A DNA stretch of 64,000 bases from Macrostomum lignano (GCA_002269645.1 NIVC01000084.1:992001-1056000); one strand, 5' to 3'. Shown: positions 47,760-59,385, counted from the first letter of the stretch. Notes: generated by a model not told the origin, from the sequence alone. A program made the numbers and translations.

Positions 47760-49708
47760 GGCAGACAGACAGACATAAAGACAGAGGTAGACAGACAGAC
47801 AGAGACTCACAGTTCATCACCCACCCCCTGCCGCAGCTGTTCGATGCCCGTCTCCGCGCTCTGGACAGCGAGGAGCGCCTGCTGAACATGGAGCGCCGCC
47901 TCGAGCTCGACCGCTGCCGAACTATCGACGACGAGCGAGACGAATTCTTCGATGCTGTCGAGGACCTCCGCTCGCTCCGCCAGATGCCCGACGCGCCGTG
48001 CCCGGTGACTGGCGGCGCCAAGTCCGACCGACTGCGCCGTCTCGACGCTGATTTGGCCGCTTTGCGGTCTCGCAAAGCTGCCATTCGCGGCGCCGCTCAG
48101 CGACTGCGCGACAGGCGCGTTGCATCGGCGCGCGATTCAGAGGAGGCGCGCGAGGCCAAAGCCAGACGTGAGGCGGCGGTTTCGGCCGAGGAGCGCGCGA
48201 GGGAGCGTCGAGAGGAGGAGCGGCGCAGAACTGCCGAGCGGTTGAAGCAGTATCGGGCGGTGAGGCTTTTCGTGCAAGTTTTTGTGTGGTATTTTTGGAG
48301 TTATTTTCGATACATATCGGGTTGCATCGCATTTAGACGAACCTTTTTTTAATACTAGGGAGCTTCAATCTCTTTAGTTGGTGAGAATTTAAAGCTTCTA
48401 GGGGTGAGATCATGAAGCTTCTAGGGGTGAGATTATGGAGCTTCTAGGGGTGAGATTATGGAGATTCTAGGGGGAAGATTATGGAGATTCTAGGGGTGAG
48501 ATTATGGAGCTTCTAGGGGTGAGATTATGGAGCTTCTAGGGGTGAGATTATGGAGCTTCTAGGGGTGAGATTATGAAGCTTCTAGGGGTGAGATTATGGA
48601 GCTTCTAGGGGTGAGATTATGGAGATTCTAGGGGGAAGATTATGGAGATTCTAGGGGTGAGATTATGGAGCTTCTAGGGGTGAGATTATGGAGCTTCTAG
48701 GGGTGAGATTATGGAGCTTCTAGGGGTGAGATTATGAAGCTTCTAGGGGTGAGATTATGGAGCTTCTAGGGGTGAGATTATGGAGATTCTAGGGGGAAGA
48801 TTATGGAGATTCTAGGGGTGAGATTATGGAGCTTCTAGGGGTGAGATTTTGGAGATTCTAGGGGTGAGATTATGGAGCTACTAGGGGTGAGATTTTGGAT
48901 ATTCTAGGGGTGAGATTTTGGAGATTCTAGGGGTGAGATTATGGAGCTACTAGGGGTGAGATTATGGAGGGGTGAGATTTTGGAGATTCTAGGGCTGAGA
49001 TTATGGAGCTTCTAGGGTTAGAATATGGAGATTCTAGGGGTGAGATTTCGGAGCTTATAGGTTTGACTTATTAAGCCTTATTAATAAGTGAGAGTTTTTT
49101 TCGATTTTCTTAACTATTCAGAAGCAGCGCGAAGCCGCTCGAGAACGACGAGGCCTTCCTCCGGTAGCCACTTCTAGCAGTCAGAGCAGTTCGTCATCAA
49201 AAAATCAGCAGCAAAAGTCTCAAACTGGAGATGAGGAATGTCGGGAAGCAAAGATTCCACCACCACCACCGCCGCCGCCGCCTCCGCCGTCTGCTGTGCC
49301 GCCTCCGCCCCCGCCACCTCCGCCGCCCCCTCCGCCGCCTCCGCCCCACCGCCCCCTCCGCCCCCTCCGCCGCCGCCTCAGCTTCAATCCCATCGTCAGC
49401 CTCAGCAGCAGCCGCACAATCTGCAGCCACCGCCGCCTCAGAAGCCCTCAGATCCGGCATCAACAGACGACATGTTCGAACTGATTCGACGAGGCGTTAC
49501 TTTGCGCAAGACAAAGTCAAACCATACAAATACTGCTACTAATAGTAGTTCAGAACAAACAAAGAATCCTAGTGGAACAGCGCAGCGGCCTCGGCCGCCT
49601 GATATGCTGGACGAATTGCGCGACAAATTGCAATCAATGCGTATGGCCGTCAACGTAGACGAAGATGACGATGCCAGTTTTAGCGAGACTGGCGATTTCA
49701 CTGACTGA
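41959..49708 (+). CDS. WHAMM: WHAMM/JMY-family actin nucleation-promoting factor, 6 exons, ~745 aa if the 1-nt frameshift at 49344-49347 is corrected
   Basis: Exons 41959(or 42007)-42602, 44260-44422, 45462-45640, 46832-47072, 47837-48259, 49122-49708. N-terminal LDSDWVPVN…FRVSWN…INCTER…YFP…[10 protein letters not shown]…DALF, QPEDE…, [13 protein letters not shown] coiled coil, poly-Pro, WH2 [16 protein letters not shown] and an acidic tail match the WHAMM/JMY architecture. Confidence 0.85.
42655..44130. repeat. 20-bp minisatellite with 344-bp higher-order repeat (WHAMM intron 1)
   Basis: TCTAGTCCCTGAGTTTATTA units; marker GAGCGA recurs at 43141, 43485, 43829. Confidence 0.95.
44539..45368. 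repeat. 19-bp minisatellite (WHAMM intron 2)
   Basis: CAGGAGTCAACTGAGGTGT units. Confidence 0.97.
45692..46670. repeat. 23-24-bp minisatellite (WHAMM intron 3)
   Basis: CCTAGCTTCTAGGGGTGAGATTT units. Confidence 0.95.
47093..47805. repeat. (CAGA)n microsatellite (WHAMM intron 4)
   Basis: About 710 bp of tetranucleotide repeat with CACA/CAAT interruptions. Confidence 0.98.
48380..49050. repeat. 23-bp minisatellite (WHAMM intron 5)
   Basis: GAGCTTCTAGGGGTGAGATTATG units; shares the core AGCTTCTAGGGGTGAGATT with the intron-3 array. Confidence 0.96.
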
Positions 49709-49813
49709 GAAATAAGTCAACGAGGATCTTTTATTTACTTTTACGAGCTTGAGGCTTTGCATCTTCATTGAGTTTTCATCTAGTTTCAAATTTTCAATTT
49801 CGACAATTTATAG

Positions 49814-49830
49814 CAGGGGTCAGCAAACTG
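49814..49830 (+). mobile_element. Solo hAT-like TIR remnant
   Basis: CAGGGGTCAGCAAAC resembles hAT/Charlie termini; no partner TIR found. Confidence 0.25.
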
Positions 49831-50956
49831 CGAGTATTTTACTTCGAGGACCAGATAACGAACCTAGCTAGTGCCCACGGGCCATGGGAGAGACAAAAGG
49901 AGAGGGAATAGAGGAGAGAAAAGAGATAAGAAATTAGAGAAGAGAGGAAAGGGGAGAGGAGATATGAGACATGTGATGAGAAAAGAGGAGAAAGAAGATA
50001 AGAAGAGAGACGAGGAAGAGAGATGCAGGGAGAGAAGAGATAAGAGAGAAAATGAGAGAAGAGGCAAGAAGAGAGAAGATGGGAGAGGGAGAAGAGGGGA
50101 GGGAAGAGAGGAGAAAGAAGAGGGGGAGATTTTGTGTCAACCAGACGATTAAACAAAATCAAACATGATTTTTAATAATTTCATTTTGGTTAACTTAGTA
50201 TATTTGACTAGACATTTTGTCCCTCCCACGGGGTGAAGAGCCGAATGGAGAATTTATCATTTTTCTTATATAATGATTATCAACTATCGATCCACGTGTA
50301 CAAAATTTCGATTTTTAATAAGTAATTATAATATCAGTTGTTGATTGACCATTGGTTGACTTTTATTCGTTCTGACTCTTCCAAACTGTATTGTTTCGAA
50401 CTGAAAACCGATGGCTCCATTTTCTTTACTAAAATATCATTCTTTCTTAATTAATTTTCTATATGATTGTTTTGATTCTGGTTATTAGTTCCCACTAAAT
50501 ATTCAGTCTGTCATCAATATGATCTCTGCTTTTGGCTAAATTCAGTTTTCTTCAAGGCAAATTTTGTGTTTTTAAATTCAACTTACAATGGTAATTTTAA
50601 GATTTTATTGAATATTCGTGCAAGAGTATGTTGAATTGCCATTATTTATGTCAAGTATTTTTGAGTAAAGAGTACTTTATTTAAAACAAAATTATATTTT
50701 TCCCGTCATGTTTGTACAAACTCTTGATCTTGATCACTCTGTGATTTCTCTAATAAAAACTTTTACAGAGTTCTAATAGTTTATTTGTACATATAAATAA
50801 AGTTGAAAATTAATTATTGTAAATCGTTTTAAATTATCTACGTTTTAAAACATGGTTTTTGGTTGAATTTAGGATTTATGCAAGATTAAATAAGTAGTAA
50901 ACTCGGTGCAACAGAAACTCTACTCCACAAGATAGTCTAATTTGACTCTCAACTCA

Positions 50957-51460
50957 ACTACTCAACCAGGCACTACTCAACCAGGCACTACTCAACCAGG
51001 CACTACTCAACCAGGCACTACTCAACCAGGCACTACTCAACCAGGCATTACTCAACCAGGCATTACTCAATCAGACACTACTCAATCTGACACTACTCAA
51101 TCAGACACTACTCAACCTGACACTACTCAATTAGACACTACTCAACCTGACACTACTCAATCAGACACTACCCCACCATGCAATACTCAATCAGACACTA
51201 CTCAACCATGCAAACACTACTCAACCATGCAAACACTACTCAACCATGCAAACACTACTCAACCATGCAAACACTACTCAACCATGCAAACACTACTCAA
51301 TCAGACACTACTCAACCATGCAAACACTACTCAACCATGCAAACACTACTCAACCATGCAAACACTACTCAATCAGACACTACTCAACCATGCAAACACT
51401 ACTCAATCAGACACTACTCAACCATGCAAACACTACTCAACCAGACACTACTCAATCAGG
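50957..51460. repeat. 15-bp to 19-bp evolving minisatellite
   Basis: CACTACTCAACCAGG grading into CACTACTCAACCATGCAAA. Confidence 0.93.
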
Positions 51461-51597
51461 CAGTGAAGGTTCTAATTCGTCAGAGAACCTACCTTTAGTC
51501 AACTTTATTATGCAGTAAAGTTTAGAAGTTAAAATAATAGCAAGAAACCCAAACAGAAAAGCACAGCCGATTGCAACATCGAATACAGTTTAAAAAA

Positions 51598-52075
51598 TCA
51601 ATAAGACGCCGACGAGGACGAAGCATCGAGAAAGGCGTCGCTCTCAGACGTTGTCCGCCGACTACTTCGCTCGTCCTCGTTCAGGCCGTGCTGATCGTGA
51701 TGAAAGTAGCGGAACTGCGTCTCAGAGCCTGTGTTATCCGAGTCCATGTCGTCCGAACAGTAGCCGGCGTGTATGAAGTCATCTTCGCAGCAGAGCGGCG
51801 AATCACGATCAGCGGACTCCAGAGTCTCCAACAGTCTGCTAACTTCGTCGTTGTATGGCTCGAGTGTCAGGAGTAGTCGGCAGTACCTTGCAGCGCCGGG
51901 CATGTCTCTGCTGGCCAGCTTGTCCATTAGTTGAGAGGCCACAACGTCGCGCTCCTGCCAGGAGCTGCCGCAGTCGGTCTGGTGCTGATGACGGAAGTTG
52001 TGCGACGTGTTGAACGCTGAGCCATCGCCGGCCGTAAGGGCTGCCTGCAGCTCCAGCGACAGGCTGCTCACGTAT
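51598..52075 (-). CDS. ERICH2: Terminal exon of an ERICH2-like (glutamate-rich protein 2) gene; upstream exons unresolved
   Basis: Acceptor CAG at 52078-52076, phase 2. ASQLMDKLASRDMPGAARYCRLLLTLEPYNDEVSRLLETLE resembles the ERICH2 helix (…DY.LAKKLCQMILIYEPEN.EAKEF…) and is followed by an acidic tail. Confidence 0.55.
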
Positions 52076-52480
52076 CTGAGGAATTTGGAGACGTTCTTAA
52101 ATAGTGCAGGCGTGAGTGAATACGTTGCATCGAAACTTAGTTAATTCCTTGGGTATATCAAGCTGACTAGTCTTTCAATAAAATTAGATCTGATGCATTT
52201 ACACAAAAGCAAAGTCTTGGACATCAATTTCTAAGTGACCTTGACTTTTCCGCAGATACTGCTATAGATGGAACTCACTTAAGACACTCGACTATACTTA
52301 ATAAACCTAATTAAGATAATTCCATTAAAAATCAATACTAAGTGTAGAAATCAAGCTTCTGTGGTCAGATTACTTGGCTTGAAATTCTATACTTGTCTTT
52401 TAACCAGAGAGAAAAGTCTTAAAACAGCTACTTTGGCCTGCTGTCTCTGGGAGAGTGCAGCTTAGTTCCAAGCTATCCGC

Positions 52481-53043
52481 TTGATTGGCCTTATTAATCT
52501 ATGGCCGAGTGCAGTTCCGTGGCAGTGGCTTTGATTGGCTTTATTGTCTATGGCCGAGTGCAGTTCTGTGACAGTGGCTTTGATTGGCTTTATTGTCTAT
52601 GGCCGAGTGGAGTTCTGTGGCAGTGGCTTTGATTGGCTTTATTGTCTATGGCTGAGTGCAGTTCTGTGGCAGTGTGGCTTTGATTGGCTTTATTAATCTA
52701 AGGCCGTGGCAGTTCCGTGGCAGTGGCTTTGATTGGCTTTATTGTCTATGGCCGAGTGCAGTTCTGTGGCAGTGTGGCTTTGATTGGCTTTATTAATCTA
52801 AGGCCGTGGCAGTTCCGTGGCAGTGGCTTTGATTGGCTTTATTGTCTATGGCCGAGTGCAGTTCTGTGGCAGTGTGGCTTTGATTGACTTTATTGTCTAT
52901 GGCCGAGTGCAGTTCTGTGGCAGTGTGGCTTTGATTGGTTTTATTGTCTATGGCCGAGTGCAGATCTGTGGCAGTGGCTTTGATTAGCTTTATTGTCTAT
53001 GGCCGAGTGCAGATCTGTGGCAGTGGCTTTGATTGGCTTTATT
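52481..53043. repeat. ~49-bp minisatellite carrying a CCAAT box in most units
   Basis: GCAGTTCTGTGGCAGTGGCTTTGATTGGCTTTATTGTCTATGGCCGAGT, ~11 copies; TGATTGGC = GCCAATCA on the minus strand. Confidence 0.93.
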
Positions 53044-53613
53044 CACTGACAAATTCACTGACAAAAGCTATACTGAGATTTTTCAAATCTTTCTGTAGCA
53101 AGATGTAAATTCAAGTGGGCATTTAGTGTCGGTTCATATAGCCTTAAATTTCTCAGTTCTGTCAAAATTCAGAATCTAGCAATCAAAAATTTCAAAAACT
53201 TGAAACTCCGCATTGTAACACGTTTCGCCGACAATACGATGTTCCAATTTCCAATGTAAAAAAATTATATTGCTAACAGACACCGAGGTGCAGAATGCTA
53301 ATATTAGAAAGTAGAAATGTGTTTCAAAGCTTAAAAATCTTGTCCACTTTATTTTAAAGTATTTCCCGAGACCTTTTCATCCTTGATGATTAGTAACTAT
53401 AGTCTAAAAATACATTTTGTGGCCTTTTCGAATAATGCATATGAACATGTTACATGTAGCTATTATAGTCTCTTTGTCGTTAGTTCCTTCCTGTATATTA
53501 ATGTCATTTTTATCTTTTATCTACATCCCTGTGTCTTATGAGGGGTCGCACCGCCCTTAATCCTTCTATCAACGCGATTCCTTTTTTGCTTTTTCGGTTG
53601 GGATTTAAGCTTG

Positions 53614-53626
53614 GTTGCCATGGCAC
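53614..53626. promoter_or_regulatory. RFX X-box-like motif in the ERICH2-like/SLC46 divergent region
   Basis: GTTGCCATGGCAC, a near-perfect X-box (GTTNCCATGGNAAC). Confidence 0.5.
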
Positions 53627-54090
53627 AGTTAATTCCCCCTTTTCGACATAGAAATTGAGTGCTTTTTTGGCTCAATTTTTTCGACGTCACTTCACTGCTT
53701 CAATAATGTTCTGTCCTCAGCACAACTCGAAAGTGTTAGCTGAGCCTGCACTCGAATTTATGACACTTACTGAAACTTACTGAAGTATTGACATGTAAGT
53801 TAGGCATGCGACCTATTAAAACGCTTTATCAGAGTGCACTATAGTCAGGCCTACAGGCTACAGTACTTACTTTAGCACTATGCTATCGCTGCTCCATGTG
53901 GTGAATTTCTGGTCAGAGTTTTATCTCTATTTTTGTGTCCCTCTGCTCAAGTCCTTTCGGGTTATTTTGCCCTATCAAAGATAGTACACTGTACGATCGC
54001 ACACTCGGGTCGACCAAATTGGACTGTATATAAGTTTCGAATAGTTATAGTTTTGATAACATGAACAGAATTTGAATTTCGAAATTGAAG

Positions 54091-55632
54091 ATGGATGAAC
54101 CGTCAACAAATGTTCGAGGAGTCGACGAAAATGATCCACTGTTGCGGAATCACCATGGCGACAAAACCGCCAATCCTGACACCGACGATACTCTCGGCCT
54201 CGATCCGAACATTGTACTGCCGAAGCGGCGCTGGATTGTTGAGCCCATAGTGCTATTTTTCTGCGTCAGCATTCTCAGTCAGAGCACTGTACTGTCGCAG
54301 TACGTCTATTATCGGGTTGGCCTGCAGTACAACGTCAGCACCGGCGGAAATGGCTCGTCGAGAGCGTTCGTCTGCGATCCGAAGTCACTGTTGAACTCTA
54401 CTGAGCACCAAATCACCAGTCGTATACAAAATGAAGCCAGCTCGTGGACTCTGTATCGAAGCATCGTTCAAAGTGTAGTAGCTTTACTAGTCCTACCTTT
54501 GTACGCCTCCACTTCTGACTACCTTGGCAGGAAGCCGTTCCTTCTGCTTCCCACCATCGGTATGATGTTGGATTCTGCCGGACTGCTTGTTATTGTACTG
54601 TTCGATCTGCCACTTGTGGGCTTTGTAATCCTTGGAGCCGTCAGTTCACTGGGCGGAGGCTTTGGCACACTGTTTGCCTCGGTTTTCTCTTATTTGGCCG
54701 ATACAACTTCGCGAAAGTGGCGGCCGATCCGAGTGGCTCTGGTTGAGGCAATGTTTGGCGTTGCAGGCACCGTCATGGAGCTACTCATGGGCTGGTGGAT
54801 CAAGATGATGGGATATTCGATACCGCTTATGTTCAGTGCATCTATTGCCGTGGTCAATTTTTTCTACGTGGTAGTTCTTGTTCCGGAAGTGCGACTTAAA
54901 CGCAGCGCCGGTGGCAGCCTCGTGTCGCTGCCGTTTACAAACATTGCAAGCCTATTTACTTCTAGTGCCAGACTGTCAGTGCGTTTAGGCCTTCTACTAG
55001 CTTCGCTGTGCATATTTTGCGCCTGCTTTATGGGTTCGAGCACGCTTGGCTCTCTCTACCAGATGAACTATCCATTCTGCCTAGACTCAGTGTTTATCGG
55101 TTACCTGAGTGCCGCGAAGATTGTCGGCTTTCAAATCGGCGCTACCATTGGTCTGGTGATATTTCGAAAATATCTGGGTGTACCAACGATTGGACTCATT
55201 GTCATGGGGTTACTGTCGTCCACATTAGGCTACTTGGTCACCGGACTGGCCCAAAGCGTGACAATGCTGTTTGTGACTGCCGTAGTGTCCATGTTCTCTA
55301 TGCTAGCCATACCACTGTTCAGAGCTTATATGTCGCAACTGTCGCCAGCCGACAAGCAGGGCGCGCTATTTAGCTGTGTCGGCGTGTTGGAACTCGTTGG
55401 AAATCTTGTTGGTGCGACTGCTTTTACGTTGTTGTACAAAGCTACTCTAGATTGGATGCCTGGCTTCGTTTACATGGTGGCTGCGGGCGTGAGCACAGTA
55501 GCTCTGCTCCTGACCTCCGTGGCTATGGGTCTGGACAGATGCTGGCCTATGAATAGTTGTAGCTTAGCCGTGTCCCGGGACGCAGATGAAGGCTCTTCAA
55601 CCGATGCTCCAGTGGGCAGCATCAACAGATAA
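54091..55632 (+). CDS. SLC46-family (PCFT/HCP1/SLC46A3-like) MFS transporter, uninterrupted CDS, 513 aa
   Basis: Single ORF with ~12 hydrophobic helices; IVEPIVLFF, QYVYYRV, ASTSDYLGRKPFLLLP, FSYLADTT…R..RVALVEAM, RAYMSQL…KQGALFS motifs typical of SLC46. Confidence 0.92.
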   Translation: MDEPSTNVRGVDENDPLLRNHHGDKTANPDTDDTLGLDPNIVLPKRRWIVEPIVLFFCVSILSQSTVLSQYVYYRVGLQYNVSTGGNGSSRAFVCDPKSLLNSTEHQITSRIQNEASSWTLYRSIVQSVVALLVLPLYASTSDYLGRKPFLLLPTIGMMLDSAGLLVIVLFDLPLVGFVILGAVSSLGGGFGTLFASVFSYLADTTSRKWRPIRVALVEAMFGVAGTVMELLMGWWIKMMGYSIPLMFSASIAVVNFFYVVVLVPEVRLKRSAGGSLVSLPFTNIASLFTSSARLSVRLGLLLASLCIFCACFMGSSTLGSLYQMNYPFCLDSVFIGYLSAAKIVGFQIGATIGLVIFRKYLGVPTIGLIVMGLLSSTLGYLVTGLAQSVTMLFVTAVVSMFSMLAIPLFRAYMSQLSPADKQGALFSCVGVLELVGNLVGATAFTLLYKATLDWMPGFVYMVAAGVSTVALLLTSVAMGLDRCWPMNSCSLAVSRDADEGSSTDAPVGSINR

Positions 55633-56435
55633 ACTATTTAAACTGCATATTCATCATTGAGTACTGAAGTTTCGAAGTTGAACTATTATAACAAATCACG
55701 ATTGTTGCCATTGGTTTACAAATGTATTTACACTGCGTTATGATTTGTGCAATAATTTGTCATTTGCGATTATGTAGAATAAAAGCTACATGTAAATGCT
55801 TGTATGATACAGATTTTTAATTATTTATTGATAATGGTGATACATTATATTATCTTTCTTACTTCGCAAAATACGGTACCTAATCGAAATAACTATTTTT
55901 TGTAACTTTATACGTATATTTTGTTATTATTTTATGAAAATTTTATAAATACAAACCAGATTCTCCACATTATAGAAAATATGAAGCTGTTTATACTGTG
56001 TGAACCTGATTTTGTACATGTATAAAATTGTGTAGACATTATGATTGCATGGATTGGAAGGACTCAATTACAAACTATTTTAGTACTCGTAGATTAGTAG
56101 AAAACATTTCTATTTAAAAAATCGACACTGCAGATCAAAGCGATACAATAGCAAAATCACACGCGGGATTAGAAAAAAAGTAGTTTTTCGGAATTGTGTC
56201 TTCTTTTTCCTGCAGCACAAGCTGACTTTTTTAAAACATGTTTTTTGGGTAACACGTAGATTTTATGCTGCAACTGAGGCAGGACGCTTCACTAGATTTT
56301 CTTAGAAATGAGTGAAATATTTTTTTGTGAACGCAGCTGTCTATGGCATGAACTAAATCTAGCTCCCATTAAGAAAGAATTAGCGGATGAAAAAATTTAC
56401 AGTTTAAACGAATGTCATTGCAAAAAGGAATCATA

Positions 56436-56818
56436 TTTTTGCTGGAGGGTTGTCGGGACCCTGGCCCAACCATGCCTTCAATGACTTGGTCCCACAACCA
56501 GCGCTGACGCCAATTCTGCCCAGTCCGCTGACCCCTGAGCACATTTACAAGCGCGCCGATACCGTACGCAGGCACAGCACTCATGCACCCGCTCACACAG
56601 GGTGTACTCGTATAGTGACCCTGACTATTCGTCAAGCATGTTGGGGGTTTCCACACCTCAATAGCTGTGAATCACACGACAAACCCCTCGGCCAATTATC
56701 GCGCACGCACAAGCCCCAAATGGATGTGGCCGGCCGCGCGTACGGAATTGAGCCAGCTGGGGTCGCGGCGCGGGAGTCAGAGGCGTTTACCGCTGAGCTG
56801 CTCCTTGCCCCCCCCCCC
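56436..56818 (-). mobile_element. tRNA-derived SINE, same central-domain family as 4730-5088
   Basis: Minus head GGGGCAAGGAGCAGCTCAGCGGTAAACG…GGCTCAATTCC; shares CACAT..ATTTGGGGCT and TACAC(C/T)CCTGTGTGAG…CCTGCGTACG…GCGCGCTTGTA…TGCTCAGGGG…TGGGCAG…GCCAGGGT. A short second head copy lies at ~56870-56908. Confidence 0.8.
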
Positions 56819-58133
56819 TAATTAAGACACCTGTGACAGTACTTTTTTCACAAAGGCGGTCCAATTATTAACCGAATGCATTTACGGCTGAGCTGCTCTC
56901 TGCCCCGGCTTGTATGTTTACACTTGGTGCAGGTTAAATATTTTGCATTGGCTTATCAGGAAGGCGTCTGTCTATCTGTTTATCTTAGTTTTCCATAATT
57001 TTTTGTGCGACTTGATGCAAAAAGGAATACTCATATCGTATTTAGATTCAGTCTACAGGTAATAAATAACAAATTATGTCAATTTTTAAAGCTTCTTCTG
57101 GCCCACTGCATGCGTTGATGAGTCTTTTGGATAAATTTGACGCGCATTCCTGTTAGATTTGGCTTGACCCAGCATATCACAGTGTCTATAGTTCTATTTA
57201 AGCGCATAAATATAGGCTCAACTGATCCGCCGCGTATGCGTACATACGGTTGAACGCTTAGCTTAACTGGATCAGCGAGCAAGAATTCAATTAGTATTTA
57301 CCTTCAGCTTGGCTATATGGCTAACAAACCAAGGTGAAGCCAGTAAGTATACTATCGGTTTTTTATTTAGTCAGTTCTATCTTATTTAAGCTATATTGCC
57401 TGGGTATAATTATTCATCATGTTACGTATTATAAAATCGGAAATATACTCGTAAGAATGAGTAGAGTTATCCGCTTATATTGCTAATGTGTTAATCTAGA
57501 GAGGCTGTATAAGTCGCGTAATCCTTCTTGTAACAGGAATCCTGGACAGGCTCTTATATTGAGTATATCCTGAATTATTTAACATGCACACTTTTCAGAT
57601 TGTATGTCAAAATGAAATGACTGTCGAATAAAATAGATCCAAGCTGACGTTTTTCCCCGGCTGTGGCTGTCTTAGAAAAGCAATTTCTTAGAGGAATAAC
57701 TCGACTTAGCACTGAGTGGAGCATCCTTGACTTTCACTCCATCCCCATTAACTGCAGCTATATATATGAGGTAATTTAGCTTTGTAGTTCTTAAAAGCAG
57801 GTGAAATGCATATCTTTAGCATAGTGTCTTTTCAAAATCAATTTCCTGATCACGATCCCCCTGCAGCTGGCTACAAGGTGGTTATACGGCTACTCCATTA
57901 TGCCTATGCCCTGAGCAATTTCCTGTCAGACACAGCGACATGCGTGTATCGGAATTGAGCGCATCACAAACGCAAAAGATGATGTAGCCATAGTCTGCAC
58001 TGCCTTTAAATATCTAGACAAGAAGGTGGTTAAGGCACTAATTCCCCATTCTTGCTATATTGAGATTCACGTTATTCAGTCAGTGATAGTCAAAGAAGGC
58101 ATTCCGGCGTATGACCGTCGTTATCTGTTGCTG

Positions 58134-58214
<81 letters not shown>
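58134..58214. repeat. (ATCT)n microsatellite
   Basis: Pure tetranucleotide run. Confidence 0.97.
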
Positions 58215-58215
<1 letters not shown>

Positions 58216-59200
58216 ATGTAAAAATACTCCCATTTGCCAGACACATACATCGACGCTAGAACCGTCGACCGACGTCACAAAAGTTTGATTGCTGTACGGG
58301 TAGCCACTGAAAATACTCTTAGATTGCTTATATATAGTTTAAACAAAAAAAGCCATTCCCAAGTAGATTTCTTCTGCAGAAAATCGCAGCATGCAGCATG
58401 GGGAGCGTCCATCCTCTGACCTTATTCGAGATGTCGCTCGATCAAGTTTCGCCTATCAAGTTTCGCGTTGCTGAATCAGCGTCGAGGCATTTTACGATCT
58501 ATTCCTGGAACTTCCTCTTAGCTTTGTCTGTCCCTTAGTTCCTGCTTCGAGTCGAGCGACGTGAAGAGACGCGCTCAGCTAGCAGGCGAGTCATTTTGTT
58601 CAATACCATTCTGCGAATACATCTGTTCATGTATAGGGTGTCTCAACTCAACCATATCTGTGTCTGCGCGCGTTTGTTTTCGCGCCGTTTGTCTAGGCAA
58701 GCCAATAATGCTAGAGGCTGCCCCGAGATGTCTTGACTGTTTATGAGTCAGATTGATTGTCGATCGTTTTTACTATTAATTGCAGAAATTGTAGATCCGT
58801 ATGCATTAGCTAGCAGGGATGCCTCTTGTAGTCGTATCTTGCGCATTAATAAGATTGGGGTGAGCGTTTGCATGTATTTTTGATAAATATTGATTCACTG
58901 TCGGGTTCTCCGATCTATCTAAGCGACAATTTCCGAAAAAAATTCGGCAAAACCGATATTCAAGCCACCTGATCTCGAAAAACAATGTTTGTCTTTAGTC
59001 TATCTATCAAAAGGACGGAATCGAGCGTAAACAATTGGAGTAAAGGGATGCTGCACTTGATTTTCTTAGAAATGAGCTCTGGAGGCCTGAGAGGATCGTG
59101 TATATATTTGTCGCATCGCCAGTGCATTGAGTTGTGCTCTGGAGTAAGCACAGCGCTGAATGGGGTTTTGCCATAGACAAATCCGGTCGAGAAGAGCCCT

Positions 59201-59215
59201 ATTTATCTATCTATC

Positions 59216-59246
<31 letters not shown>

Positions 59247-59258
59247 CTATCTATATCC

Positions 59259-59289
<31 letters not shown>

Positions 59290-59307
59290 CATCTATCTAT
59301 TTATCTT

Positions 59308-59353
<46 letters not shown>

Positions 59354-59385
59354 CATCTATCTATTTATCTATCTATCTATATATA
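59201..59385. repeat. (ATCT)n microsatellite
   Basis: Tetranucleotide run ending in (AT)n. Confidence 0.97.

Noticed and set aside
46800-47885. 361-aa ORF with QTDR repeats
   Set aside because: Read-through of WHAMM exon 4 into a (CAGA)n intron; the donor at 47073 and acceptor at 47836 restore the protein.
49231-49542. His/Arg-rich alternative-frame ORF and Gly-rich antisense ORFs
   Set aside because: Shadows of the CCG-rich poly-proline codons of WHAMM.
50942-51518. Mucin-like TTQPG repeat ORFs
   Set aside because: 15-19-bp tandem repeat between two convergent genes; TTG start and no signal peptide.
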